From IMG/VR virus record IMGVR_UViG_3300027719_000270: a stretch of DNA of 64,000 nucleotides. The stretch is one strand, 5' to 3'. Below, in pieces: positions 39,433 to 50,600 of this stretch (position 1 is the first letter of the stretch; every line of letters begins with the position of its first letter). The notes beneath the pieces are model-generated. The model worked only from the letters and a program-made list of their open reading frames with translations. It had not been told where the DNA came from and did not search any database. Made by a program: the position numbers and the translations under genes. This stretch comes from an uncultured virus (IMG/VR IMGVR_UViG_3300027719_000270) (lineage: Duplodnaviria > Heunggongvirae > Uroviricota > Caudoviricetes).

Positions 39433-40257
39433 ATGAAGAAGTTTTTAATATTGATTGCGGCGTCATTGCTTCTGTTTATGGAGGTTTCAAGTGCTTTAGC
39501 AAAATCATATGTTTTAAGTGATAGTGTCGCGATAAGTACGGGCGGCTGTTATGCCTTAAGCGGCACCTTAAATTATTCGGGTGGCGGCAAGCCTACGGCA
39601 AAAATTTATTTTTTGGCGTTTAATTCGGCCGCCATGCAAGATTTGCAGGCGGCTATTTTGTCAGATTCGGCAGGGCTTGAACAGCTTACACAGATGTCTA
39701 TTAATGAAAGCGGCGCTTTCCCGTTTGAGGCAACGCTTGCTCTTAATAATTCTTCGGCAGACAAGGCCGTTCTTGTATTAGAGACGGATGCCGACAGTGC
39801 CGAGCTCATATTTTTTGAAAATGTTAAACTTTCACCGATTGAAGATGTTGTATCCGCAGACTCTATGAGTACAGAGTCCGTAAACGGAGAAAGCGAAGGC
39901 GCGGGCGCCGCTTCAGGCGGGGCGGCAAACAACGCATCTTCACTACTATCCGGATCATCTTCGTCAGCATTTGATTCTTCTTCAATATCAGGCGATGTCA
40001 TAAAAGTATCATCCATGAGCTTTTTGACAAGCGGCATAACGGTTTTTCTCAATTCCGTAAGCGGTGCAGACACCAATGACGGCGATGCGCCAGAAAATGC
40101 CAAACAGACTATTGCGGCGGCTTTAAGCGTTGAAGGGGTTTCGGAAGTTATTTTAGCGGGCGGCACAACGCCATATATCGCACCTTTAATAAAACCCGCC
40201 GCAGGCACAAGCGTAACGCTTAGGCCAAATGGTTCGGTAATAATAAAAGGACAGTAA
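39433..40257 (+). CDS. Secreted protein with Ser-rich linker and a C-terminal adhesin-like module
   Basis: Signal peptide 'MKKFLILIAASLLLFMEVSSALA'; 'VFLNSVSGADTNDG...AKQTIAAAL' (DUF1565-like start). Confidence 0.6.
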   Translation: MKKFLILIAASLLLFMEVSSALAKSYVLSDSVAISTGGCYALSGTLNYSGGGKPTAKIYFLAFNSAAMQDLQAAILSDSAGLEQLTQMSINESGAFPFEATLALNNSSADKAVLVLETDADSAELIFFENVKLSPIEDVVSADSMSTESVNGESEGAGAASGGAANNASSLLSGSSSSAFDSSSISGDVIKVSSMSFLTSGITVFLNSVSGADTNDGDAPENAKQTIAAALSVEGVSEVILAGGTTPYIAPLIKPAAGTSVTLRPNGSVIIKGQ

Positions 40258-40282
40258 ATTTAAAATATTGAAAGGTAAAACT

Positions 40283-41215
40283 ATGCTCAGAATCAAATAT
40301 CCGCTCATTGCCATTACGATATTTACATTTAGTAATATCTTATCTGCACAAACGAATACGACGCTATCTGGAAACCTTAGCGTGGTTGACGACCCTGATA
40401 CGATTTCTTTTTTAGAAGGATCATTGACTGTTTCAAATAATGCAATTCTGGGAACAACATACATTGAAAAAATTTTAAATGTCGGCTCTAACAATTATAC
40501 TAGACCATATATATCCGTTGGTTCAAATAACTCTTTTTATACATATTATAATGATTTGGATAATTCCTGGATGACTGCAGGGGGAATGGCAATAGGTAAT
40601 AATAATGGATTCAGCTCACCTGTCAGTATGTGGGCAGTTGCTATAGGTAATAACAACTATACAGGTGCCCATGGGGGCTCTTTTATGCTTGGGGATAACA
40701 ATTTGATAGATGAAACCGGAAGTTACAGTATTGTTGCGGGGCAACATAATAATGTTTGGGGAGGGCCAGGAATCACATTAGGGTATTATAACGAAAATAA
40801 TGGTTCTATCGTTATGGGAAGTAATAATACTTCAGGATGGTATTCTTATTTGGCTGGACATTCCAATATTGTATTTGCCATGTATTCAATAGTTTCAGGT
40901 TATCATAACATCACTACATCTGGACAAGAACTTTCTAGCATTTTAGTTTTAGGCGAAAATAATATAGCCAATGTTAGTTATTTAACCGTACTTGGAAGGT
41001 GGAATGATTATTCAATAACTCCTTCGGGGGCGAATGGCTATACGTGGAGAGCGGAAGACCCATTGTTTGTTCTGGCAAATGGGTCAAGTGATGAAGAACG
41101 ATCAAATGCTTTAGTTGTTTTTAAAAGCGGAGATACGCAAATTAACGGCACTCTTAAAACCAAGCGCGGTGGGGACATTATGATGGGGGTCTATGGTCGT
41201 GCCGAAGATCAGTAA
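40283..41215 (+). CDS. Secreted beta-roll (YadA-head-like) repeat protein
   Basis: Repeated 'hhhGxxN' units; 'DPLFVLANG...RSNALVVFKSG'; signal peptide. Confidence 0.65.
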   Translation: MLRIKYPLIAITIFTFSNILSAQTNTTLSGNLSVVDDPDTISFLEGSLTVSNNAILGTTYIEKILNVGSNNYTRPYISVGSNNSFYTYYNDLDNSWMTAGGMAIGNNNGFSSPVSMWAVAIGNNNYTGAHGGSFMLGDNNLIDETGSYSIVAGQHNNVWGGPGITLGYYNENNGSIVMGSNNTSGWYSYLAGHSNIVFAMYSIVSGYHNITTSGQELSSILVLGENNIANVSYLTVLGRWNDYSITPSGANGYTWRAEDPLFVLANGSSDEERSNALVVFKSGDTQINGTLKTKRGGDIMMGVYGRAEDQ

Positions 41216-41295
41216 TCAGTAGGTTTTAAGAATTCGATATATTTCGTCAATTAGGCAAAAGCAATTACTACATTTAAGTCTAATCCAAACTCACT

Positions 41296-42204
41296 ATGAA
41301 AATACTTTTTAAAGCGTCTGCGGGGCTTCTCGTATTGTGTTCTTCACTTTACGGGGTTGATTATAATTGGAATTCTACGGGCAGTGACAAAAGTTTTGGC
41401 CTTGCCGCAAACTGGAACCCTGTCGCTACTCCGCAGTCTTTGCCGGCGCTTACGGGCGGCAGTGTTTATGAATTCATCGTCTCAAATTACTCAACGCGAG
41501 GGGCTGCGGAAATCGCAGGGGATTTATCCATAAATACGGGCACAATAAATGCAAACAGTTCTCTCGGCACCTTGGGTGTGGTCAATATAAGAAGCGGCAA
41601 TGTATCATGCAATCGCATACAGGCAGGCATGCGCAATACGGCGGGGATCGTAAATATTTATGGAGGCGCCATACAACTTAACGGAATGGTTGGCAAGACC
41701 GACACTACGGGTGCACTCCGCGCCTACTACGGCGGCACAATAAACTTTTACGGAGGCACGGTTGAGATGGATTACGCTTTCTGGTTGAGTTCTGACTGTG
41801 TCATGAATTTCTACAATGCTGGCGCCCATGCAAAAGCCCCCAACGCCACAAGCAATGCGCCCATATACGCAAAGCGCGGCGCAGACAGTTACGGTTTAAA
41901 AGTTTCTTACGGTACGCTTAATATACATCTTGCAACCGGTCTTAATCTGGCGGTCAACGATGTCATATATTTGATAGAGTATAACGGCACGGCGTCTTCT
42001 TCAGGCTTTTTAAATGTTACAAACAACAGCGTAATTACGGTGGACGGTTTTCAGTTCCGTTTTGAAATGGCCAGAGATCTGGGTAACGGCAACAAGGCCG
42101 TCGCGCTTGTAGCCCTTGAAGTCGTAGATACCCGCCTCAAAAAAGGGAGTATTATTATGATTTCAAAATCCAAGGCGTCGCCCAAACTTTTTGAGAATAT
42201 TTAA
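41296..42204 (+). CDS. Secreted autotransporter-passenger-like beta-helix protein
   Basis: Signal peptide, 'AANW', repeated 'G.VNI.GG'. Confidence 0.6.
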   Translation: MKILFKASAGLLVLCSSLYGVDYNWNSTGSDKSFGLAANWNPVATPQSLPALTGGSVYEFIVSNYSTRGAAEIAGDLSINTGTINANSSLGTLGVVNIRSGNVSCNRIQAGMRNTAGIVNIYGGAIQLNGMVGKTDTTGALRAYYGGTINFYGGTVEMDYAFWLSSDCVMNFYNAGAHAKAPNATSNAPIYAKRGADSYGLKVSYGTLNIHLATGLNLAVNDVIYLIEYNGTASSSGFLNVTNNSVITVDGFQFRFEMARDLGNGNKAVALVALEVVDTRLKKGSIIMISKSKASPKLFENI

Positions 42205-42258
42205 TTTTGCCTGACTAGGCTAAATTTATGTTAGCCGCAACTTTAACCCCTCCAAAAT

Positions 42259-44646
42259 ATGATTTTTACAAGCGGGAAGAAATATAAGGTTTTTTTTGCC
42301 ATTGCGGCTGTTTGTTCAGGCTGTTTGTTTGCGGCGGTGCCACAGTGGTGGTTCGCGCGCGGGGTTGTGCCGAGTGGGAGCGACCAGGACGATACCGAGA
42401 CTATAGGCAACAATTATGATGCCGCAAATGTTGGGCAGCTCAAAAACATTGCACAAAAAGCAGCGGAAGAGCTCAATGCGAAATTCGCCCTTTACGGCGG
42501 CGCGGGTACCGAAATCAATAATATGATTACGGCTTTCAGCATATTTGACGCGCAAAACCCGAACATAAATTATGAGAGCTTAAATATAGGCCAACTTAAA
42601 TTTGTGGCAGAACCTTTTTATAGGCGCTTGCGGGCATTACCGACATCATTGGTAACTTTTCCTGCACATATGACGCTTCAAAGCGGCGGAACAAACGCGT
42701 CAAACCATAAATATCCGTGGCCGGCATTGCCCGCAAACCCGACAGATGCGGATTTAGCAGTCAATTACGAAATAGCAAATATAGGCCAGCTTAAATTCAT
42801 TTTTGGGTGGGATGTAGCGGGAGACAGCAATTCAAACGGTGTCTCGGATATTTGGGAGATGTTTTATTTTGGCAGCCTCTCATATCCTATGATTTGGGAT
42901 TATGATAATGACGGTCTTTCGAACTTAGTTGAATTTCAAAACGGAACAAATCCCAAGCTTATCGATACCGACGGCGATAATCATTTTGACTTTTTGGAAG
43001 TTAGCCTAGGTACAGATCCTTTGGATGGGGCTTCAAATAGCGGATATGCCATATTACCCTTCAGCCAGAATTTTGAATCTTACGTATCGGGTAACCTGTC
43101 AAAGCCATCTTATATATTCAAAAACGACGATGTTAATTTGGAAATTAAACCTGCCGACAGCGGCAGGGACAGCAAATATCTTAATATTGATTTTACCAAT
43201 TACAGACCGTCTCAAGCCGGATTATATTTCGCGAATACTTCGCAATACGCCGTATGGTATGATTTTTACACAAAAGTTGAGTATATGGATCCAATATACC
43301 CCGATCCTTCCTCAATGGGCGCCGTAAATTTCTATTTTACCGATTATGCCACATTATATTACGACGGACATGTGTGGGAGGAGGGGCGCTTTGTGAACGA
43401 AGGTTGGCACCGTATTACGATTAAGCGCAGTTATGAGTACGATCCTTATGATCGTGATCAATACAAATGGTCTCTTTGGGTTGACGGTAAACGTACCATT
43501 ACAAAGGCTGATACAAACTCATATTTCAGCGACAAATATAGGGCGGCAATTAAGTTTGTAAGCAGCGGGGGAAGCATGATTTTGGACAATGTATATGTTG
43601 CTGCGTCCGCACCCTCTGACTATGGCGCCTTTGATGACGACAGAGACTTGTTGACAAACGATGAAGAAGTTGCGCTCGGGAGTAACCCTCAACTTGTCGA
43701 TACTGACAGCGACGCGGTTTCCGATTACGCTGAAGTTCAATTGGGCAGAAATCCTATTATTAACGACAGCCAATTTTCCGAGAATGATGAATCGGTAAAC
43801 GGAGCCATATACTCATGGTCTTGCGATTTTTCGGCAACAAAAGGATACATATCTGGCAATTTGGACGGGCAGAATATGTGGCTTGCAAAAAACTCTGTCG
43901 TAAGCAATACGGAAACGGCAGCCATAGAGTTAAGCGGCGAAAATACAGAGGGATATATACGTCGCGATGCCTTTGGGGAAAATGCCAATAGAATTTGGGT
44001 TATCTTCGATGCAATATTCTTTCCCGGTGATTTGCCTGTAAAGCCGCCGCTGGGCGGGCTTGCCGTGGCAATTGCGCCAGATTCAAACGGCGATATTTTC
44101 GCCTATAATTTCGGAACGCAAACTTGGGTCAATATTACCCCTGAAAATTTTGACAAACAGGCATGGCATAGATACTATATTGATTTAAACTATATAACAG
44201 GTGTTGCTCTGGTGTATGTTGATATGTCTTATGAAGAATATTCTGAAGGCGGTCTTATACCCGCAGCTACTATTTCTTTTGACGCCTCGCAAGGACCTCG
44301 CAAATTTAAAAGCATACACGGTGCCGCGGACCGCTATGCGCAAGGTGACGATAAATACATGTACATAGATAACCTGACCGTTTCGACGGAATATGTCGGC
44401 ATGGATAGAGAATTCCCTGCGCTTCCCGCAATTTTGCCCAGCTATTCTACAATTCTGGATACCGATGCTGACGGCTTGGACGACAACTGGGAAATGCAGT
44501 ATTTCGGAGACATTACCACCGCGAATGCTTCCAGCGACTATAACGGCGACAGCGTTTCCGACTACCAACAATATCTCGACGGCACAAACCCCGCCATCAA
44601 TCCCGCCGTCAACCTAATAATTTATACGCCTCTTGAGCAGTTATAA
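42259..44646 (+). CDS. Secreted protein with thrombospondin type-3-like Ca-binding repeats and lectin-like domains
   Basis: 'DxDxDG' repeats, three 'NxGQLK' repeats, C-terminal 'NLIIYTPLEQL'. Confidence 0.7.
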   Translation: MIFTSGKKYKVFFAIAAVCSGCLFAAVPQWWFARGVVPSGSDQDDTETIGNNYDAANVGQLKNIAQKAAEELNAKFALYGGAGTEINNMITAFSIFDAQNPNINYESLNIGQLKFVAEPFYRRLRALPTSLVTFPAHMTLQSGGTNASNHKYPWPALPANPTDADLAVNYEIANIGQLKFIFGWDVAGDSNSNGVSDIWEMFYFGSLSYPMIWDYDNDGLSNLVEFQNGTNPKLIDTDGDNHFDFLEVSLGTDPLDGASNSGYAILPFSQNFESYVSGNLSKPSYIFKNDDVNLEIKPADSGRDSKYLNIDFTNYRPSQAGLYFANTSQYAVWYDFYTKVEYMDPIYPDPSSMGAVNFYFTDYATLYYDGHVWEEGRFVNEGWHRITIKRSYEYDPYDRDQYKWSLWVDGKRTITKADTNSYFSDKYRAAIKFVSSGGSMILDNVYVAASAPSDYGAFDDDRDLLTNDEEVALGSNPQLVDTDSDAVSDYAEVQLGRNPIINDSQFSENDESVNGAIYSWSCDFSATKGYISGNLDGQNMWLAKNSVVSNTETAAIELSGENTEGYIRRDAFGENANRIWVIFDAIFFPGDLPVKPPLGGLAVAIAPDSNGDIFAYNFGTQTWVNITPENFDKQAWHRYYIDLNYITGVALVYVDMSYEEYSEGGLIPAATISFDASQGPRKFKSIHGAADRYAQGDDKYMYIDNLTVSTEYVGMDREFPALPAILPSYSTILDTDADGLDDNWEMQYFGDITTANASSDYNGDSVSDYQQYLDGTNPAINPAVNLIIYTPLEQL

Positions 44647-44683
44647 GATAAAATTTTTAGCAATTAATTATATAATAATATAT

Positions 44684-47600
44684 ATGAAAAAAGAATTAAG
44701 ATTTTTGCTGGCTATATATGTCGCAATTTTTTGTCTTGTAGGATTTAATGTAGGATATGCTTGCTGTATGCCATGTAATACACCTATCGCCCAAGCAACC
44801 TTTAATCCAAGTGTGGATGTTTTGGCTTTGCCATTGGGAAATGCTCCAGAAGGCGAAAAATTAGGCGATATTTCAATTAGAGAAGATGATTGCGATATCG
44901 AGAAAATTACGGAAATTGGCAGTATAACGGTATTCGTTGACGATGACATCTTTGAAAAATACTCTCAACGCGGACAAATGCGCGGGCAGAAGAAAACTTA
45001 TGGAGGCAGGTACACATTTAATTCAGAAGGAGGATGGTTTGAATCGCCCCAGCTCAGAGTAGAAGCCCGCCCGTTAGGTTCAGATTTGCCTTTGTATGCA
45101 AATGGCTACCTGGTTAAGGGGTATACCAAATATATTGGCATTGATGATTCAACTCTTTGGTCTGATGATCTCTCCAACAAGAATAAGCTAATTTACACAA
45201 TAAGAGTTATCGGAGGATATAAATTGGATTTAGAGTGTGATGAGTATATCTCGGAAAATGAAAAGTCAAACGGCGCAATGTATGTGGTCGATATTGAGAA
45301 AACAGACTATGATAAGGGCATTGCGCGTACAAACAAATATAGGATTTATCAGTATTGCGGAGAAACCAATGTAGATGGATCAAAAGTATGGTATTATGAA
45401 TGGGATGGTACTAAAACGGCGATTTGTGAAAAAAAACTTAGTCAAATAAGCGTAAAAAATAATAGTGCACAGGATGTCAATTTTGATATAGTTACTCGAA
45501 CCCTTATTAAAGGAAATAATTATAGGAAATGGGATATAATTCGCTATAAGTTATTTGATAATGTTGGTTCGAATAAATCTTATAATAACGGTAAAAATAA
45601 AAAATTTGAACTGAATCTTGATTCATACAAGTGCGTGGATATAAAAACGCATGATGTTTTTGGTAAAATCTTAGATAATGGACAACTAGTTAAGAAATCA
45701 GAAGAATCCTTAGAAATGAATCTTGCGCAAGGTTTAGATGAGCGTGGTTCAGCATTGACTTTGCGTTACAAAAAAAACAGGGATGGAAGCTTAGAAATAT
45801 ACGAAAGGGATTCTCAGGATTCTTCTAAAATTAACAAGATATATAGATTGCGTGACTCTTCCGTAATTAAAGAGGAAAAAGCATCGTTTACTTTGGACGA
45901 TTTAGCGGATCTTGCAGTTGAAGTTGAGGAAAATATCTATGACAATATTACCGGAGAAATGAGTGCCCAATCAAAAAAATATGGCATTTTGAAAAAGAAA
46001 ACTGACCTTAAAGGCAAATCCGGTAGAGGAATTACTTCTAAAAATTATGAATTAAGTGAAGCAAAAGAACTTTCAAGAAGAGAAATTCATATCTCTAAAA
46101 ATAACAAGGCAGGAGGCTCTACACGCAAAGTTTCTAAGAATATTGATTCTTCTGGCAACGCTCCAATTGTAGTTATTGAATCTGCAGAGGCCACAAATTC
46201 AAATGGGTCTTCTTTGATTTCTAGTGTTAATTCTGGGCAAAGTATTATTACTTCAGAGAGCTACACTTACGCATATCTAAACCATAATAATTTCGTTCTG
46301 GCTTCGCGCAATTACTTTGACCCTGATTACGCAAATCCGCCCATACTTACTTCAAATAACGAAAACCCAAATTACGTTTACTTAAAGATCAGTGGTGGTG
46401 AAAATTGGGATGACATTGCAGAAATTGTATTGCCGTGGGGGCAGACGATTGGGGTAGAGGGTATAGAGTTGCTGAATAATATCAGTACGCTTGAGTGTAT
46501 TGTGTTAGGCACTGAAGGAATAGATATGACTGATAACACCGGTAAGGTCATATATCGCTGTAAGTATATATTTGTTGATGGATCATTTCAGCTTATGGAA
46601 TGGGAATATTATTCTTATACTCATCCAAGTTTAGGCGGACAGCTGGCTGGCACATATAAGTCAAACGGTCTATATTCCAAAGCAAAATATGATTCTGATT
46701 GGTTAATGGGCATAATCAGTGCCACTATTGATTATGGATTTCTTGGAGAAGTTACGCAAACGTATATTGTATCTGGACTAGGGAAAAGATACTTCTACGA
46801 AGGATCGGCAACGGAATACGGGACGATATATTCAACTGGAAAGTGGGAAAGAGCGGGGAATGATTGGGATGTCGGCTGCGGTTGTGACGGATATGGGTCA
46901 TCGGAAGGTAATGGCCCAAGAAAATACACATATTATTCATTCCCTTATGCCGGCGGTCTTTCAGGATCACCGATTACGAAGCCTCCATTTGAAAATGAAG
47001 GTTCAACAATAACACATGGTGAATATATTGTAGTGCAAAATATAGATCCTACGACTTCTAATAACTTCTGGCCGGAGACAAGGTGGGAAAAATCAATTGA
47101 CATATACGGAGTTACAAAAGAAAAAATTAATAAAATCGGATTTTATGACGGTAAAAATCAGGTTATTGAAGTTAGGCCGGGATTCTCTTACTCAAATCCA
47201 TATTCTACAACTATTCGTGACGGTTACTATTATGAAGCATCAGGCAATGGCGTATATTATAGCAAGGGATATAGGGACAATTCATTTGAGAAAAAAGAGC
47301 TTGGTTATGCAGATTCCGGAAGGGTTTATTCTGTCAAATACAATGAGAGTTATCAGAAACTTTATGAATCAACCCCTGATTCTTATGTGACTTACTCATA
47401 TGATTCTGAAGGCGGATTAAGTGATGTCTATAAATACGATGCCAGATATCCAGAAAAGGCTTCTAAATATTCACTTATAAAATATGTAATGGATGCGGAG
47501 CATAATGTAATTTCACAATCTGGTGCGCTTTACTCTACTGGTGCCGATTCGCAATCTGGTTCGCTTTCCTCGGCTGGTGTCGATTCCCAATCTAATAATA

Positions 47601-50600
47601 TTTACTCGGACGATGACGAAGTCATTGATTCGTATAATGCCCCTGTTTATAATATAAGCTATGAGATGAACGACTCCGCTTTATGGAAGGTATTGAGTGC
47701 GCCGACTCCAGAACCTCTAAGCGGCGAATCAAATAGTAATGCGGGAGTTAGGAAAATCAAGTTGACGGGTTACGGAGTCCCTGTCTTCAATGACTATCAT
47801 GTTTTTTATGAAGAAATTAATACGTTTAATGGCATTGAGACAACGATTTCTGAACAATTAAATAAGAGCTTGAAAATGCGGCAAGTTATAGAATCCAAAA
47901 AGAATTTGGAAACTTCTGAAGTTATCAGAAATGTGACAACATATGTGAGCGGTAAAGAGGTTAATTTCATATCCAAGCGCATTCTTTCTGATTTGTCAGA
48001 AACATTTATCTCCGGATATACAATAGAATACAATAACTTGGGTGATATTTCCGCAGTATATTACGGCCCCAGCAAAACCAATTACTACTATGTTGATAAT
48101 TTTGAATATTATCCCAAAACAGCAGCCATTAACGTTTTTATTCCTGGAACAACCTTGGTTGTCGGAGGGCAAGTTGTTGTAATAAATGAAGACACCAATC
48201 CGATTTATGGCAAAGGCAGGTTAAAAGCTGTTATAAGATCTGGTCGCTATTCCAGCGTCAAAAAAGGCGTCAAATATGATTATATTCCAAATAATCAGAA
48301 AAATGCGGGTATGTTGGCTTCAGAAACATACCTCATTGATTTCGAAAACTATACGGGTAAGACCGTTAATTATACTTATGATGACAAAGGAAGCTTAATC
48401 AATTCGCAAGGTTTTGATGTAGCACCTGTTTCATTTGAATATAATGAATTTGGCGATACGGTTAAAATGCAATTGGCGTCTTCGGAAACGCATTGGGAAT
48501 ATGATGACCAAACAGGAAAGCTCTTATCAAAGACTGATGGTGTCGGAAACTCTCGTTCTTGGACGCTTAAAGACGAAAGCGCCTCTTATGCAACATTTAC
48601 AGACGAGAGGGGTATTGTAACAACGCAGACGTCTCTACCGGGGAATAAAACTCAAGTAATAAAAGATGGATATTCAACAACCGTATATGAAAAAGATATT
48701 AATGATAATTATCTCAACGTTTCGGTAGATAAGGTTGGCGCAGGGGTTTCTCTATGGGCGTATACTTATGATTATAGCAGCGCTTCAAATATGCCGACAG
48801 AGGAAACTTATCCCGATTCCTACAAGTTAACTCGTGAATTTGACAAATTTGGGAATGTGTCGAAAGTCAAGGTATTGAATCAACTCGGAGAATCGATATA
48901 TGAGGTTGATTACACTTACAGTATGGATGGTTCTATGGCCAATCTAGTCGCAGAGGGTAAACAAATTTCATATCAATATCAAAATGGTTATAAAACAGAA
49001 ATGCTTTGTCTTCTGGATAATAATTCCAATCTTGAAATAGAATTCGGTTATGATGGATTAAGTAGGCTTGTTTCAATGGGTTCTGATTCAACAAGGAAGG
49101 TGGTTTATTCCACGGATTCATTGGATAAAATACGTTCTACGACATATTATGAGATTGGCTCATTGCAATACAAATGGGACTACGCATATTCTTGGGATTC
49201 GCCGCAAAGTACTAGTACGGGATTGGTGGGCGCATATAAATCTTATCCTCCTGAATATCCTACTTCATGGAATGTTACACACACAAATGAGGATGGGCAA
49301 AACACATCACTATCGTACGGATTTCATAAGTTTGCATCGATAGGGGGTAATATTGTTTCTGTGGTTGCGGATAACCAAAATGTTGCCTCGCTACAGTTTA
49401 CAAGCGACAATGCGAACAGACTTACAAGTTTGAATTACTCTGTAGGGCATGGGGGCTTGCCGATACATGGATGGGCTGCCGACAATGCATCATTAAAGGC
49501 CTTTATAGACGGCATTGAATTGGATTCATCTCAATTAATAACCCGCGCCAACAGGGGTGGTAAAGAATTTATGTTTGCCGTTAAGCCCGCGCAAGTGCCA
49601 TTGTATGCAAAACTCAAGGTAGAGGCAACCCTTGCCGAAGGCGGGGTTGACGGTGCGGACGCAAAAAGTTTGCGTCTCGGCAGTAAGTACATTGCGCCCT
49701 GCGCAGAGTCTATAACTTCTGACGCAGCGGGGAATATTATCGGTGATGCGCGTTGGGCCTATACTTGGGATGAAGAAAATAGGATTGTAAAAATTGAGAC
49801 TGCCCCAAGCGCGCAGGCTGCGGGCATACCGTGGCAGCGTTTTGAGTATGAATATGATTGGAATGGCTTGAAAGTGCGTTCAAAAGAGTATTCACTTGGT
49901 GAAGACAATGAGGCCGTATTGATAAAAGAATCGCGCCACATTTACGACAATTATAACCAGATAATGGAGATTACGAAATATTTTGACGGCGTTACGCCTG
50001 AGGCGGTTAAGAAGTTCTACTATGGTGCGGACTTGCTTGGCTCATTATACGCTACGGGCGGCACGGGCGGCTTGGTAATGACAAGTTTTGACGGCGTAAA
50101 AGCCTATGTGTTAAGCGACATCAGGGGCAGTGTAGATTCTTTATATGCGGCCTCTGACGGTGCGCTTTTGGGTCATTATGAGTATGACGCATGGGGCGAC
50201 ATTACCGACATTGTTCAGAACGAAGGTTTTGATAACGCGCCCCTCAATACTTATATAATCGATAACCCTTTGCGTTACAGCGGCAGATACCATGAAGTTG
50301 CGCCAAACCTTTATTATTACGCTTTCAGGCATTATTCACCCGTCCTCAAACGCTGGTTGAGTCGAGACCCCATTGAAGAAGAAGGCGGCTTAAATTTATA
50401 CGGATTCTTAAATAACGACCCGATCAATTACTTTGATTCTTTGGGCTTGGAAAAATGTATAGACGGCAAAAGGGAATGTGTAATTGATCTTTATATAGCA
50501 CATGGTTCCGACCAAAAAAATTTAGAAAAATTGGATTACAAACCATTCAGAAGAGCAAAATCTGATCAGGAAGGGAAGATAAAAGGCACATATGCGCAGG

